NCBI GenBank assembly: GCA_964019425.1
Contig: OZ025784.1
Coordinates: forward strand, 62,001 to 126,000
Source of the DNA: Flectonema sp. DT1601
Taxonomy: Eukaryota
DNA: 64,000 nt
Direction of reading: 5' to 3'
This document shows, piece after piece, positions 1 to 12,900 of this stretch. Within the stretch, counting starts at the first letter, position 1; every line of letters begins with the position of its first letter. The translations under genes and the position numbers were made by a program. The notes under the pieces are model-generated. The model made no database searches. It was not told the origin of the DNA and saw only the letters and a list, made by a program, of their open reading frames with translations.

Positions 1-49
1 AAGATAGCTAGAGTTGAGAATATAATAAAAAAAAAAGAAAGTTGCAAAC

Positions 50-1759
50 TTTTGTTTCTGCGCAGAGAGAGTTTCAGTTTCAACAGCGAGACGTTGTTCT
101 ACTTCCTGAACTTTCTGTTCTCGCTGTTCGATAGTAGTGATCATCATTTCAGACGATGATCGCTGCTGTGCCTGACGAGATCTCATAACCTGCTGAAGTT
201 TCTCTGTCTTGTTACGTTCTCTGGCTAGTTCAGCTTTCGTTTTTGATAAATCCTGTTGGAGTAGTTGAACTTCTTTCTTAGACAGCGATGACACCTGTGA
301 CTTCCCTTCATTCTGTGAAGCGTTATTCAATGCTTCTTTTAGTTGTGTGATCTCCATGGTGAGTGTTCTCTTGGATGACTTATAAGAACTGTTTGGTTTT
401 TTGTTTTGATTTTGTGAAATATATTTACTTAACTACAATAGAATAAACAAACCTTCTCTCAGACTCCAGTAAGCGAATCGTATTCTTAGCTGCCTTCAAC
501 TCCTTCGTGTGTTGAACATTACATGAATTCGCCTCATCGAGTTTTGAGTGGAGAGCTGCGATGAGTTCCTTTTCAGCTTTTTCTTGTCTAGTGGCGTGTC
601 GTTCTTTTGCTCTTTCTGACTGCTGCCATTCTTCTTTTTCTTTTTGAAGTCGAATTTTAAAAGCTTCACGTTCCTTAGTAAGTTTGTCTTCAGCTAGTTT
701 GCGGTGTTGGGTGAGGGCGTGTCGGAGTTTTGAAATCTCAGAACGATGAACACTAAGAGATACGACATCAGGTGTACCAGTTCTAATATTTGTTGAGTTA
801 CCAGAAGTACTCGCTTCTCGTCTACTGATGTCACTGTTTCTTCTAACTGGTGAAGAAGAACGTCCAACCGATCGACTGCTGCTACGAAGACTTGAACCAG
901 ATCGTCTTCTTTCTCTTGTTTGTTTATCATCACTCTTAGTCGAAGCAAATGTTACTTTCGGAGATGGCTGCTGAGTTGACGTTGAACTAATCCTCGCTTC
1001 CCAAGCTGGTACAACAGGAGTCTCTACTATAGCTGGTAGTATTGGTGCCAACTCTCCATCAACTAATACACAAGTTGTTAAAGGTGATTGTCTGTCGTAT
1101 GTTGAGGATCCGATGTAACCACAATCTGTTCCTTGTGGTTGACTACCTGTTTCTGCACCAAAATCAAGCTCAGTCTGCCTGCTTTCGAAATTATCATAAT
1201 CCTGCAGTGTTGCTACTGTCGTGGGACCAGCTGTGGCGATGTTGCTGTTTTCGATTTGTGGAGCAGATGAAATGGGACTAGCTGTTGGAGTCGCGATGAG
1301 TAGCATTCTATCTCTCGACTCACCTGAGGGAGATTCATTACCAGTATCAGACTTACAGTAAGGAGGAGGAACATCATTTTGAATAATATTAGGTGCGGAA
1401 TCCAAAGGATGAGGAGGTGGTGGCGGAGATGGCGACGGTGATGGAGGCAGAGATCCCGACTCTGGAAACAAAACCGCATCAAAATCATTCTCTCTAACAG
1501 TATGATCAAATAAAGGTTCTAAGTCAGCTTCGTCATCACTCTGTGGACTTTCAACTAAATTATTCATTCTAACAGCATTGGGTGGCGTTACAATTATTAA
1601 TCCACTCCTCGCTGATGGACTTCTTGCTGGTGGTGGTGTCTCTTCAGTTCCACAACTCTTTTCATGAAATCTAAGACTTCCGGTTGTGAATAACAATCCA
1701 CATGACCTGCACGGCACCATCTTTGGAGTCTTTGCGAAGGTTCCTCCACTTTCAACCAT
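50..1759 (-). CDS. C2HC zinc-finger / low-complexity / coiled-coil protein (spliced, 3' end runs off the window)
   Basis: N-terminal CRSC...HEKSC matches the zf-C2HC pattern, followed by Pro/Ser-rich and coiled-coil regions. Removing intron 389-452 (GTTTGT...AAACAG) continues the frame (SSYKSSKRTLTMEITQLKEAL...). Probable next donor GTTTGC at 49. Confidence 0.75.
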
Positions 1760-2555
1760 CTAAATGGAGTACCTGAGTGAGATGATGTAAAAAGTATTGT
1801 AAAGCCAATCAAAACAGAACAGGTCTGTCTGTCACCCCAAACGTGTGAAATAATAACAATAATAAAAAGGTTTAACGATAGCCAGCAAATATCAGAAAAA
1901 TACAAACAAAAACAGCTGAACTAAAAAATAATTGAAAAGAATCAAAAACACGAATCGGAAAAATCACAAACGTCGAAAGTCTACTTCTGATGAACAACAA
2001 TTGAGATGTATCAGAAATAGTAAATAATTGAAAGAAACAAAATAACAACACACCTCGGTAGTGAAGTAATAATTTATTCAAGTGATCACCGCAAGCAAGC
2101 AGTGAACGAGGTAACGAAGACAGAGAAGATGACGTGATCAGAATGATATCTTCAATCTGAAGACACACTTCGAGTCTATTGAAATATCAAACAGAGAGAT
2201 TGAGAGAAACAATAATTGAATATAAGTGAACAGCGTGAAGCTTTTCATTCTTACGAGAGATATATCTCAATTAAAATAAAGTAGTTAAGGAAAGAGGGTT
2301 AATTCCATACCAATATTAAATGGAAAGCAAACTCGAAACCAGGCAAAAATCGAATACAGGGGGTCGGCAAAACCTGGTTGCAATATAAGAAAATCGACAA
2401 TTTGTATCGATGAAAAATCCCATATGTGCGGAAGGGAGGGAAGACGGACAAGACTTTTCCTTGATCGGAATTCATCCAAGAAAAAAAATTGATGAAAAGG
2501 TCCGTCACTTGTCTTTATATTTGAAAGTAAATAATAAAAAGAGAGGAAAAGGAGA

Positions 2556-3665
2556 TCACCAGATTCCTGATGGATGATTATTATTATTATTATCACCGGC
2601 TTCTTTGAGAAACTTTGCTCTCAAAAACTCAATCTTATCAATCTCGGTAACTGCTCCACAATTAAGTAGTAACCCCTCATGGCTAAAGTCTGGAATATCA
2701 ATCAACGGAAGCAAATCCAGTTCAGACATTCCACTACAACCAAACAAGAAACGTTCTCCAATACAATTACTGTTCGCAAGAGGTGAGACATCCATCGATG
2801 AGAGAGAGAAGCAGTTCGAGAGAAAATTATTACCAACGTGATTAACACTGGAAATCGGATGTAAATCAACGACGGAAAGTGAACGACAATTTGATAAAAA
2901 ATATGAACCAATAAATGAAATGTTTCTCAAAGGAGAAAGGTCAATCGAAACTAAGCTCTTACAACCAGCTAAAAAATTATTACCAACCATCGTTATGTTG
3001 CTTAAAAATGATAAATTCACATCAGCTAGATTGCTACAATCAGATAAAAATGATTTACCAATGTACTTCGTCCCACCAAGTTGTGAGAGGTCTACATGAC
3101 AAAGAGAAGAACAACCTGAAAGGAAATCATTTTCAATTGAGGTTACGTTTGAAAACTGAGATAAGTCAACAGACTCAAGAAAACAACAATTTGATAAAAA
3201 CTGATTTCCAATAATTGTAATCGTGTCGCAGTTGGTGAATGAAATCTTTTTGATTGATTCTGGTAGTAGGTCAGCCCAATCATCAGTAGTTTGAATTTTA
3301 TTATTTGAAGAAGCTGATTTCGCATCGATACAGCAAACAGCATTAGGATTGTCTGTGAAAAACTTAGCAATCGCAACTCGTTGACGTTCACTCTCGAATT
3401 GAGCAATCCCGTACGACGTGACTTTCTGTTCTCTTTGAACAGCCATTAGTTCATCTCCAGATTCAATACCAAGATTCACAATGATTTCTGTCTTGTCCAA
3501 TGCTTCAGATCCTGACCAGGTGATATCAAAACAAGATTCAATTTCCCATCTCTTTGACATTTCTAATATCAATTCACCGATTGATAAATATTGTGTCACA
3601 TCCACTACTTCACCACTAATCCCTAACTCTTCAAATGAGACAACTATCGGTAAGGTTCCAGTCAT
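2556..3665 (-). CDS. Ubiquitin-like N-terminal domain + BspA-type leucine-rich repeat protein
   Basis: About 8 repeats of ~24 aa of the form IGxxFLSxCxxLxxVDLSxL. The N-terminal ~75 aa ends in LGIESGDEL, as UBL folds do. First true ATG is at 3665 (the ORF track starts at TTG). Confidence 0.8.
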   Translation of the reverse strand: MTGTLPIVVSFEELGISGEVVDVTQYLSIGELILEMSKRWEIESCFDITWSGSEALDKTEIIVNLGIESGDELMAVQREQKVTSYGIAQFESERQRVAIAKFFTDNPNAVCCIDAKSASSNNKIQTTDDWADLLPESIKKISFTNCDTITIIGNQFLSNCCFLESVDLSQFSNVTSIENDFLSGCSSLCHVDLSQLGGTKYIGKSFLSDCSNLADVNLSFLSNITMVGNNFLAGCKSLVSIDLSPLRNISFIGSYFLSNCRSLSVVDLHPISSVNHVGNNFLSNCFSLSSMDVSPLANSNCIGERFLFGCSGMSELDLLPLIDIPDFSHEGLLLNCGAVTEIDKIEFLRAKFLKEAGDNNNNNHPSGIW

Positions 3666-3744
3666 ATTGTTGTTGCTGTGTGCGGAATACAATATAAGTT
3701 CTTATATCTGACCGTAAGTAAACACTATTTCATAATAATACTTA

Positions 3745-4203
3745 CTAATCATCAACAAGATCTCTTCTCATCGTGATCGCATGTGGATTTGGTATCCTTC
3801 TTCCGTAGTAGAATTGAATAACATCTCCTGTCGGGTAGAATCCGTTCTTTTTATAAAAATTAACAGCATCAGTATTAGACTCTTGAACATGAAGTGATAT
3901 ATAGTCGATGTTATGTTGTTTAGTGTGAGTCACTATACATGATAGTAAGAGAGAGCCATAACCTTCACCTCTGTGATGCATATCAATACACATCACTGAA
4001 ACATACATCGATCCTCCTTTCAACTCACTCATTGCGATTCCAATTAATTTTGAATTATTTTCATCAAAGGCTGTGAAACATCCTCCGTTCTTAATCCAAT
4101 TCTTGCCGTGTTTGTTTATATCACTCGGTACTATCGACATAGCTCTTCCTATGAGAGAAATGACATCGGGGAGGTCGGTTAGTGTTGTTGGTCGTATTCT
4201 CAT
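3745..4203 (-). CDS. GNAT acetyltransferase (RimI/NAA50-like)
   Basis: Motif A HRGEGYGSLLL, followed by LHVQESNTDAVNFYKKNGF and a C-terminal FYY motif. Confidence 0.85.
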   Translation of the reverse strand: MRIRPTTLTDLPDVISLIGRAMSIVPSDINKHGKNWIKNGGCFTAFDENNSKLIGIAMSELKGGSMYVSVMCIDMHHRGEGYGSLLLSCIVTHTKQHNIDYISLHVQESNTDAVNFYKKNGFYPTGDVIQFYYGRRIPNPHAITMRRDLVDD

Positions 4204-4612
4204 TAGCTACGAACCTATATTGTTTTTGAGAGAGAATAAATTAATTTAAAAAAAAAAAAAAAACAGGATTCATCAATTTGAGGGAAAAACTCAAATAAAT
4301 AGTGACATTTTTTGATATTTTTTTTTTTTTCCTGTAACATATGAATTTAGAAAAAAATATATTTGCTTTTTCATGTTAACAATATAAAAAAAAAAAAAGC
4401 AACCCTAAAGCACAACACTACAATACTGCCGGGGAGAGATGGCGCCTGCGGCGCACCTCCTCAGTCGAACGGTCGGGTAGTGCAAATTTCGTTTTACATA
4501 AAAAATGTAAAACTTAATTTCTCATTATATTGAACTATAAAAAGATCCTTTTCAGTGTCAGCAGCAGCTGACACAATTATTTCTTGGAACCGAATCTTTG
4601 AAAGAGTTACGT

Positions 4613-6628
4613 CTAAGGAGATGATTGTGTGGGTTCTTCAGCAGCGTTCTCTTCAACAACAGGAACCGACTCTGTTGGTTCAGACACCGTTTCTGTTGAT
4701 TCAGTCGGTGGTATTGATAAACTGATTAGCTTTGTATTCCTCGAATCAACCACATGTTCTTTAACAAAGTAAAATGGACGTCTTAGTCTGGCTAAAGCTC
4801 TGAACAGTTGTGTGTGTTGATGTCGATTAGTTGTTCTGGTTACGACCCAACCCTCCGATAGTCGTTTTTCTAATACTTCAACAAGTCTTTGAAACCCTCC
4901 TTGATAAGGAAGGTTAGCAGTGTGTTTACGATTTAATTTCATTTTATTATCATCCGAATCATCTTTTCTTATGGTAAACACCATACCAATCCCCTCTGGT
5001 TTCGCAACAACACAAAATGAATGAGGTCGACCTGTCAATCCTTCAGCCATCACCATGGCTGTTGATACGATCTTATCACAATCGTTTACTTTGTATACGA
5101 ATTCCTCTCTTGTTCGAACTGCTATTTTGAATGGTTCTTCAGATCCAACCTTATGATCAATTACTCTCGGTACGTTAACCTTTTCTACCATCCATTCAAC
5201 GAAGAATCTATCCAACTGTGAAGTCAGTAGTCTCTCTTGATTCGTTCCATAACTCATCTCTTTAGCCCTCGAGTAGAATGAGACTGGGTAGGTTTCACTC
5301 ATTTTTGATAGTGCTTGCATAGCAGTAGAAACACCCTGGTTGTTGTTGTTGTTGTTTTTTGGTGATTTTTTTAAAAACATGGTCCTTTTTCTTAGGGGGG
5401 TTACAAAGGTCATACCTGGAGTGTTGATCTGAGGTGTACAAGTCTCCCTCCTTCCAATCCATTTTTTATATTATCAATTAGTTTATCAGTATCAAGATTA
5501 CCCAACCCGACAGTAATACGAAGACAGTTCTGTTCCTTCGCAACTTCTCTCGTTAGCGTGAAAACAAAGCTGCCGCTGTTAAGGGAATCATCATCCTGTT
5601 TTTGAGAATAATTTAGACTTTTTTTAAGGCAACAGAAAAGTAGTTTTTTATCACATTAAAGTAACGAAGACATACCTCGGCCTCCTCTACTGACATTGTC
5701 AAGGGAACTCTATCCTGTTCGAGGTAGTCTGTGGCATATTCGCAGGCTTTTGCAGCAACTCGGATGGCTTCTTGTGATTCAGCTGGATTATTTTTTTGAT
5801 AATTTAAGAAAAACAAAAAAAAAAAAAAAACATACCACTCGCGACCAATTTTACTATTTTTGGACCAGACTCGTCCTTCATTACAAATCTGAGATATCCA
5901 GCAAGTTTTGTTGGTTTTGTATATTTTGAAACGAATACTACTTTGGGTGCTCCAGGTAAAGGTAAGATACGTAGATGCATTGCAGTATACTCACCTTCTT
6001 CATTCTTAACAAGTGATGGAAGGAATTCAGTTCTTCTATCGAGAGCGGCAATAGTAGATATTGCTTTCCTTGCTGAATCAGCACCAGCTATACTAAGAAC
6101 ACATGTCTGACCAATCTTCTGAGCTGATGAAGTGATTTGATTCAAAGCTGAGATGTGACTTGACGTTCCAACTCGATGAGGAGGAGCAGTTTCATTTGAA
6201 AAATCAGTTGGAGGTTTCATAACGACATGAATAGCAAAATAACTCGCAGGCAGTCCTCTTTCAGTTACAGTCTCAGCCTTGTTTGCTCTGCAGTATAAGA
6301 TACCTTCTTCTAAAAGAAGTTCTTGAGCAACAGATAAAGCTTTTATCATTTGATTAAGTCCAGTCATACCAATAGTAGTAAGTTGTAAAGGTTCCTTTGA
6401 TTCTCTCAATCTCGTAGTCAACCATCCACTCAGACTCGCAGTCTTTGTATCAGACCTCACTCTGACTACATTATTGCCATCAGCTGGTCCCGATTGAGGT
6501 GCATCTCTGTTGCCATGAATCTCAAAAGTCCTCTCCGTCATCCATCGAACTGCTACTTTACGACCAGATATACTCGCTTTCCCCACTCCCCCTATTCTAG
6601 ATCCAGCAGCTCGCACTACCCTCCACAT
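4613..6628 (-). CDS. Tandem SpoVS/Alba-like repeat protein, ~600 aa, probable mitochondrial presequence (4 exons)
   Basis: ORFs 5804-6628, 5613-5816 and 4613-5413 join in frame via introns 5783-5835, 5596-5675 and 5336-5415 (1803 nt CDS). RVRSDTKTASLSGWL...IGMTGLNQMIKALSVA resembles the SpoVS consensus KVSSKSNPNSVAGAI...IGAGAVNQAVKAIAIA. The N-terminus is Arg-rich and lacks acidic residues. Confidence 0.7.
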
Positions 6629-6912
6629 TATTTGCTTTCACAGCTGTAAAAAATAGAAATAGAACACTTCTGGTGTGCCACTAATGACCAAACTAGAAAA
6701 GTTCAAATACGAAATAGTGATAAGCTGAATAGTCCGGACTGCTACTTTACGACCGGAAATACTACTTCCCCCATCTCTAGATCCAACAGCTCGTACATTA
6801 TTTGCTTTCACAGCTGTAAAAAAAAAAAAGAGAAATAGAACACTTCTGGTGTGTCACTAATGACCAAACTAGAATGGTTCAAATACGAAATAGTGATAAG
6901 CTGAATAGTCCG
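6548..6912. repeat. Local tandem duplication (~190 bp) of the 5' end and upstream region of the SpoVS-like gene; the outer copy is degenerate
   Basis: 6548-6736 recurs at 6738-6912 (CATTATTTGCTTTCACAGCTGTAAAA...GATAAGCTGAATAGTCCG), with deletions in the coding-derived part. Confidence 0.85.
6644..6664 (-). promoter_or_regulatory. Putative SL trans-splice acceptor (pyrimidine tract + ACAG)
   Basis: Minus strand reads TTCTATTTCTATTTTTTACAG, 15 nt upstream of the ATG at 6628. Confidence 0.5.
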
Positions 6913-7057
6913 TAACATAAAGCGATATAAAAGAATAGTAATTAATTCATTCTTTTTCTTTTTTTTTTTTTTTTTTTTTTTCAAAATTTAAAAACAAAAA
7001 GAAATACATATTTATAAAACAATTGTGAAAGAGACGACGATGACAAATCTGGTTCAT

Positions 7058-7089
<32 letters not shown>

Positions 7090-8357
7090 CCCCTCCTTCT
7101 TTAGTTCGACTACGTTCATCATTACAATAGTACGGTACAACAAAAACAAGTCTTTACGACTGTCCAACAACAACAACAAAAAAAGAAAAAGAAAAACTCC
7201 TCCCTAAAATAAGGAAAAGCAAGAGCTAAATCGAATATAACAAAAAAGGTCCTCCTCCTCAAGACAGAAAGACTACAGATAGAATAATAAGAAAGTTTAC
7301 TACATTTCGTTAAGGTTAGGGAGGAGGGGGATTGTAAAAAATCAAAAATAAATAAATTTTTACGCTCTGAAGAACAAATCTCCCGAAATACAGATCACTA
7401 CATAATGTGAGTGTCTTGCTTTTCTGAGCCTCCAACAACAAAAACTAAAAAAAAAAAGAATACCCAGTTTGTCAATAACGTAATCCAAGAGGATAACTCA
7501 CAGCAACCACAGGACCCAATCCATAGCAGTTCAGCTATGGATTTGTGAGTCAGCTTCTCAGCTTACAAGTGATGTAATTTTAATTCATAGAAAAAAGTTT
7601 TACATCAATCTTTCAGCTCTTTTTCCACCTTTCCAAAACTTACCAAACTATTGAAATGAATCATTCACAGATATCCCATTAAGTGGAATCAATGCTATAC
7701 CTTCGAGGGGGTTAATAGTTGAGAATTAAGATCACATAAAGGGATAACTCCTTCAGGTTGATCAAAACAACAACAGTGAAGAGGAGGGAGAAACGTAGCT
7801 TTTACAATTGTTGTACAAAAAAAATAAGTTCTCTGCATTTAGGTTGTGGAATGTCCACGCATTCCCTATTTTCGGCAAACCCGCACAGAAACCTTCCCAA
7901 ATGTGTTAGTTGACTCAAAAAAATTATAAAACAGAGGAGATTCCAAAAAAAAAAAAAAACGTAATTACAATTATTAGAATCGATAACCAGTTGTGGTTCC
8001 TCTATATATAGCCCTATAATTATTATATAAAACTCGGGAATGTCACAAAAAAGGAAAAAAAAACGCAAAAGCGGTGTCAGATAAAAAAACCCTTTTACGA
8101 CTTAACCAACTAGAAGAAAGTCCACACAAGGAACTAGCTATGCATAATTAAAGCCTTATATATTTTTGTTGATTCGCAGACAGTATTACTGACGGCACAA
8201 GGGAAAATAGATAACATTTTGACCATAAATAAATAAACCAACGTCAGGCGTTCGTCTTTAATCTGAATAGTTTCTTCACCAACTTCGTCGGTGCAAAAAA
8301 AGAAAAAGCAACTCATGAATACAACAGGGTCTGCAGTCAGAAGTTCTTTTGTCAGTT

Positions 8358-9718
8358 TTAATTCAATAAATGCATGGCATGCTCTAAGAACACGTCTACG
8401 TTAGTCGGAGGAAAGTCTTGCAGCAGTTGCATGTTGGTGGAAAAATCACCTGAGAGGAGGTCGTCTCGAATAATCATAACCTGTAGTGTGATTGATTACT
8501 TCTGATATATATAAACACCGTCTTGTTAAAATGCAAAAAAAAAAAAAAAAAAAAACAACAACAACATACCATAGCAACACAAGTTGAAAATAACCTGTCA
8601 TTTATGTCTGTGGCACTCGCAAACAGGAAGTCCCAGATTCTAAGAACGTCAGGCACGATGAACTCTTGAGACATTAATAAAGTGACCCATCTGAAACAGT
8701 AGAATTCAGGTCTTAAATTCAACTCCTCCATATGTTGATACAGAATTGGATCTGCTGTTTGAAACTTCTCTCTGTACATATTCAGTGACCCTTGGATACC
8801 TAGTTCATCTTTGTCTAAGGTACGACAGAAATTATCACCAAGATACGACACCAGTATCGTAAAACAGAAAAACGAATCCGCCTCAGCGTCTTCTATACTT
8901 GCATCAGGGCTGTGTGGGTATCTCGCAAAAGCGTATAATAGATGACCTGCAAGCTCATTCATTCCTTGTACGTATCCCAATCCCGGGTTTAGTTTCGCAA
9001 ACAGGAATAGCAACCGACGAAGGTGTTGTTGGTTTCTCGTGAATGTCGCACCGTTGCTGGTTTCAATCGCTCTCATTAGATTTTCATAGTCGTTTGCTTG
9101 GGAATTGAAGAAGTGAAGAGAAGGCATTGTTCTCGGGATGTCAACGTCAATAATCTGTAAAACAGTTCTATTCGCTAAGTATTTACTCCATAATGAGTTG
9201 TTGTCTGCTGCTAGCGGATGATCTCCGTCAAAACTCTCAAATCCTTCCCCCTCTTCCTCATCAACAACTCTCGGTGGTGATCCCATTTTCCTCTCCAGTT
9301 TATCCTTTACAGATTCAGGTAAGACGATGAATTCATCACAGAAATCTTTGTATTGTTTTCTCTTATTCTGAAGTGATTCTTCCCAAAGAGAATCATCAGG
9401 AGGTAAGTACCCAAGGAGTACTTTCCAATATAATGATCTGAGGTCGTCTGGTATCCCCGCCTCAGCCAGCTCACCTAATCTTTTTACGTTAATTTTTCCT
9501 TTTATCGCTTCATCGAAACACTCTCGTCGTAGTGCTCTGGGTTCCTTTACAGGAGTGTTCTTATTACTTCCTCCTCCGGTTTTTATTTTTTGGACGACAA
9601 GTGGTGGTGGGGGTCCTCTTTGATCACAATTATCTGTGATGGGTGCGCCAACAGGTGGCATTGTCGGGGAACCAACTCCGCTGCTGAATCGTTTTCGTAA
9701 ATTTTCTAACATATTCAT
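8358..9718 (-). CDS. TBC1D13: Rab-GAP TBC domain protein, TBC1D13-like (2 exons)
   Basis: IDVDIPRT (Arg finger) and YVQGMNEL (Gln finger). Removing intron 8481-8569 restores the C-terminus LLSGDFSTNMQLLQDFP typical of TBC1D13. Confidence 0.85.
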
Positions 9719-9946
9719 CACAGGACCTACTTGTTAGATGACAAAGACTTTTAAGAATGAACAACAACAACAACACAATTGACAATCGATACCCAGAAAG
9801 GTATCTCCAACAAAATGATAAAAAAAAAAAAAAAGTGTAAATAAAGAAAATAAAGAAAATAAAATTGCTCTGCAGCAGCAGAACTACTTATCTTTAGTAA
9901 ATTCTAATCAGTCGAAGACGACGTCGTTTTTTCGTGTAATAATATA

Positions 9947-12900
9947 TCAACTGGGATCAATTAAGTTAGGCAGCGTTAGAGGAAGTGAGTCGTCGACTAC
10001 TTCTACTTGTGGAGTTCTGAGGGCATATTTACTATCCAAAAGGTTCAGTATGTGTTTTGAAGCGCCTGTTTTTATATTTTTAGATACATCACTGACCCCA
10101 GTGAACCATTAAAAAAAAAAAAAAAAAAAAAAAACGCAAACCTGAAATATTTAAATAAAACTCAGGCGGCAGAGTGATGCTTCGAAGAGCCCGACCACGT
10201 GATTTTCTGTCCGCCTTCACCACTGAAAGTAGTTTTGTTTGCGCTGATTTGGAACTCAAGCGTCGTTTATTGCTTTGGTGATCTCTATCCGCGGAGTTCG
10301 ATTTATCTAAAATTGACAGAGCACCATCAGCATTGTATAAAGCAAAGAGCTTTCCAGCTAGTCGCTTGCCAACCTTCCGAGCAGACTGAGCTTCATGTTG
10401 TGTTTCTCGATGTTCAATTAAATCCCAGCTCTTTATTGGAACCTCATGACCTTGTTTTCGACATTTCTTTATTGAAAAAAAAGGCATCGATTTGGATAAA
10501 TAGAATCCATCTTCTCCGAATGACAGGTCCGGCAACACACGAAACCTTCGCAATCCGTACCAAATGTTTAATTCTGATGAATTGTTTTTTTTTTATTAGT
10601 TTTTTTTTCAGATTTGCTCAAAATAGGATGGCAATACAAAGATAAAGAAAAGTTCACATACCACTCTGTGAGAGAAGCAACCATCTAAAGATTTCACGAA
10701 AACCATCGAGTGTGATGTGTCCCAATACATCCGTCCAAGTCAGAGAACAGTGAAATGAGAAAGCGTACTTAAATATAAAACTTTGACTCAAACTAACACC
10801 AGTCAGGAACCGAGCAAAGTGTGAAACCGCTGCTGGCGGAAGAGTCGTCCGAGTGTCAGATGACTTCCTAAGAATTCTTTTTGAATATTCAACAAACACG
10901 TTGTCAATAAAACTTTCAGCTTCAGGTGTCAACTTCCCATCTTCAAGTAATTCAACGTATTGTAGTAAATCATCTTTTTGGATATCAGGTAGTCGATTTG
11001 CTCTGTTTTTAGTAACAGTTACTTTATCATTTTTTTTACAACAGAAATCGAAACCAGCTCGTTGCAATGATCTGACGGCTATGTCGGGATGACAACGACA
11101 AAAATACTCAATCCCTCGTTCAATAAAAACAGATACCAGGTGATTTGGAGCAGGAGCTCCACAAGCACCAGCGATAAGCCGTTGCCATTGAAGTTGGTCA
11201 TTAGAATCAGTAATGATCGTTTCAAATGAAGTGATAGTCTCTGATCTAATCGAACCAAACTCATCAAACAGAACAGACCTAGCCTTACAAGGTTGAGAAA
11301 GTGTAATGTTTTTAACCTTCGGTATGGATTTCCCCACATGATGATACTCACGAAATCCAAGACTGTTTAATACATATTTTGTATAACTTGAAATAGAATG
11401 GTTCGAAGCACTTTGTTTTTTAAAAGTACAATTCACATTGTCAGTGATGCACTTTTGACTGTTATTACTACTGCTGGCAATAATCTCAACAAGACCGACT
11501 GTTCCATATGTTTGATCAGTTTGTTTTGACAATGCTGCTGCTTGCATGCCAGCCTTTGCAATGATCAACAAATCTCTAGTGACGGAAGAACTATTCCAGG
11601 TCGGAACCATATCACCCTCGACAATAAAATTTGTTATCGATTTTGATAATTCATCAGAAATATGATTACAAAAAACACCAGGACTTCCAAAAGAAACACA
11701 CGTCATTCGTTTATTAAACAATGATAGACACAACAGTTGACTTATAGCACCTGCAATTCCATGTCCGGTGAATATTATTTTTACATTGTCAGAAATAGAT
11801 TCGTCGTTACCAACGATAGCAGTCAGTGCCTGAGATATTTGATTTTTTATTTTATTTGTGAGCAGTGCGACTGTCTCATGAACAGTAACACTTCCACCGA
11901 TTGAATCACAAATTTTAAATTGAATACTGTCGTTACATTTATACAAGACATCGTCAATTAGTTTATCACTGTAAGAGATAGCGATGAATAGTAATTTGTG
12001 ATTTGATTCTCTCGGAGAAGTGATGAACCACTGAGGAACACCAAGGCTGTCTATTGGCCTGATTCCTGGATCTGATGAAGTATGTGAGATCACTTCAAGA
12101 GGAACATTACTAAAACAACTACTTTTAGTAACCAACTCCGACAGAAGCTGCATTTGATGTTCAAAATCACGTTTATATAAACTCATAATACCCGAGGATG
12201 AAGCCAGTCCTCCTTGACCATTCTCAAGTCGTATTTGAGAACTCCAAAACTGACTCACCGAAGGTATCAAATGACCAGCACCACTAAGCATAACACACGT
12301 TGCTATTGTACTCTCATCGGTTAATTCTAAAGGATCGGGAATCGAACTGCGGAATTGCTCTTTATTATCGGAATGTAAAACCTTTATACGACGCAATCCT
12401 CCAAAACGATTCATAGTTTCATCGGCTGTCACGCGAACTTTATTAGCTTGGTCTGTCTCGTGCTCAATTCGTTGATTCTTTGGATTATAATAGTAAGGAA
12501 CCATGCTGACAACTGCCGGGTGAATCCCGCTAACTTCATGAGAATCACGTAATCTTTTCTTTTTAGAACCCTTTATGAGTTCCTGTACAGGGAATATCCT
12601 GTGTAGTTTTGTTGTAGAATATGGAGTAACACATTGCCAGGTGTTCTTTTTAGTCTTGGAATGTCTTGATCGTTTTTTTGGTTTTGGGGCCGATGGTGGA
12701 ACAGGACGGGCACATGGAGAGCTTGTGAATTGAGGAACTACTTGTTTTGCAACGTCTACCCACGATCTACCAACACATCTTGGAATCATATTTACTCCAC
12801 CGATACACCCTTCAAAGAAAGAAAGGGTGTCAGTTCGTCCGTTTCCAGGAAGGGATGTGACAGCACCAAGATAAACTTCTGACGAACCAACGAGCATTGT

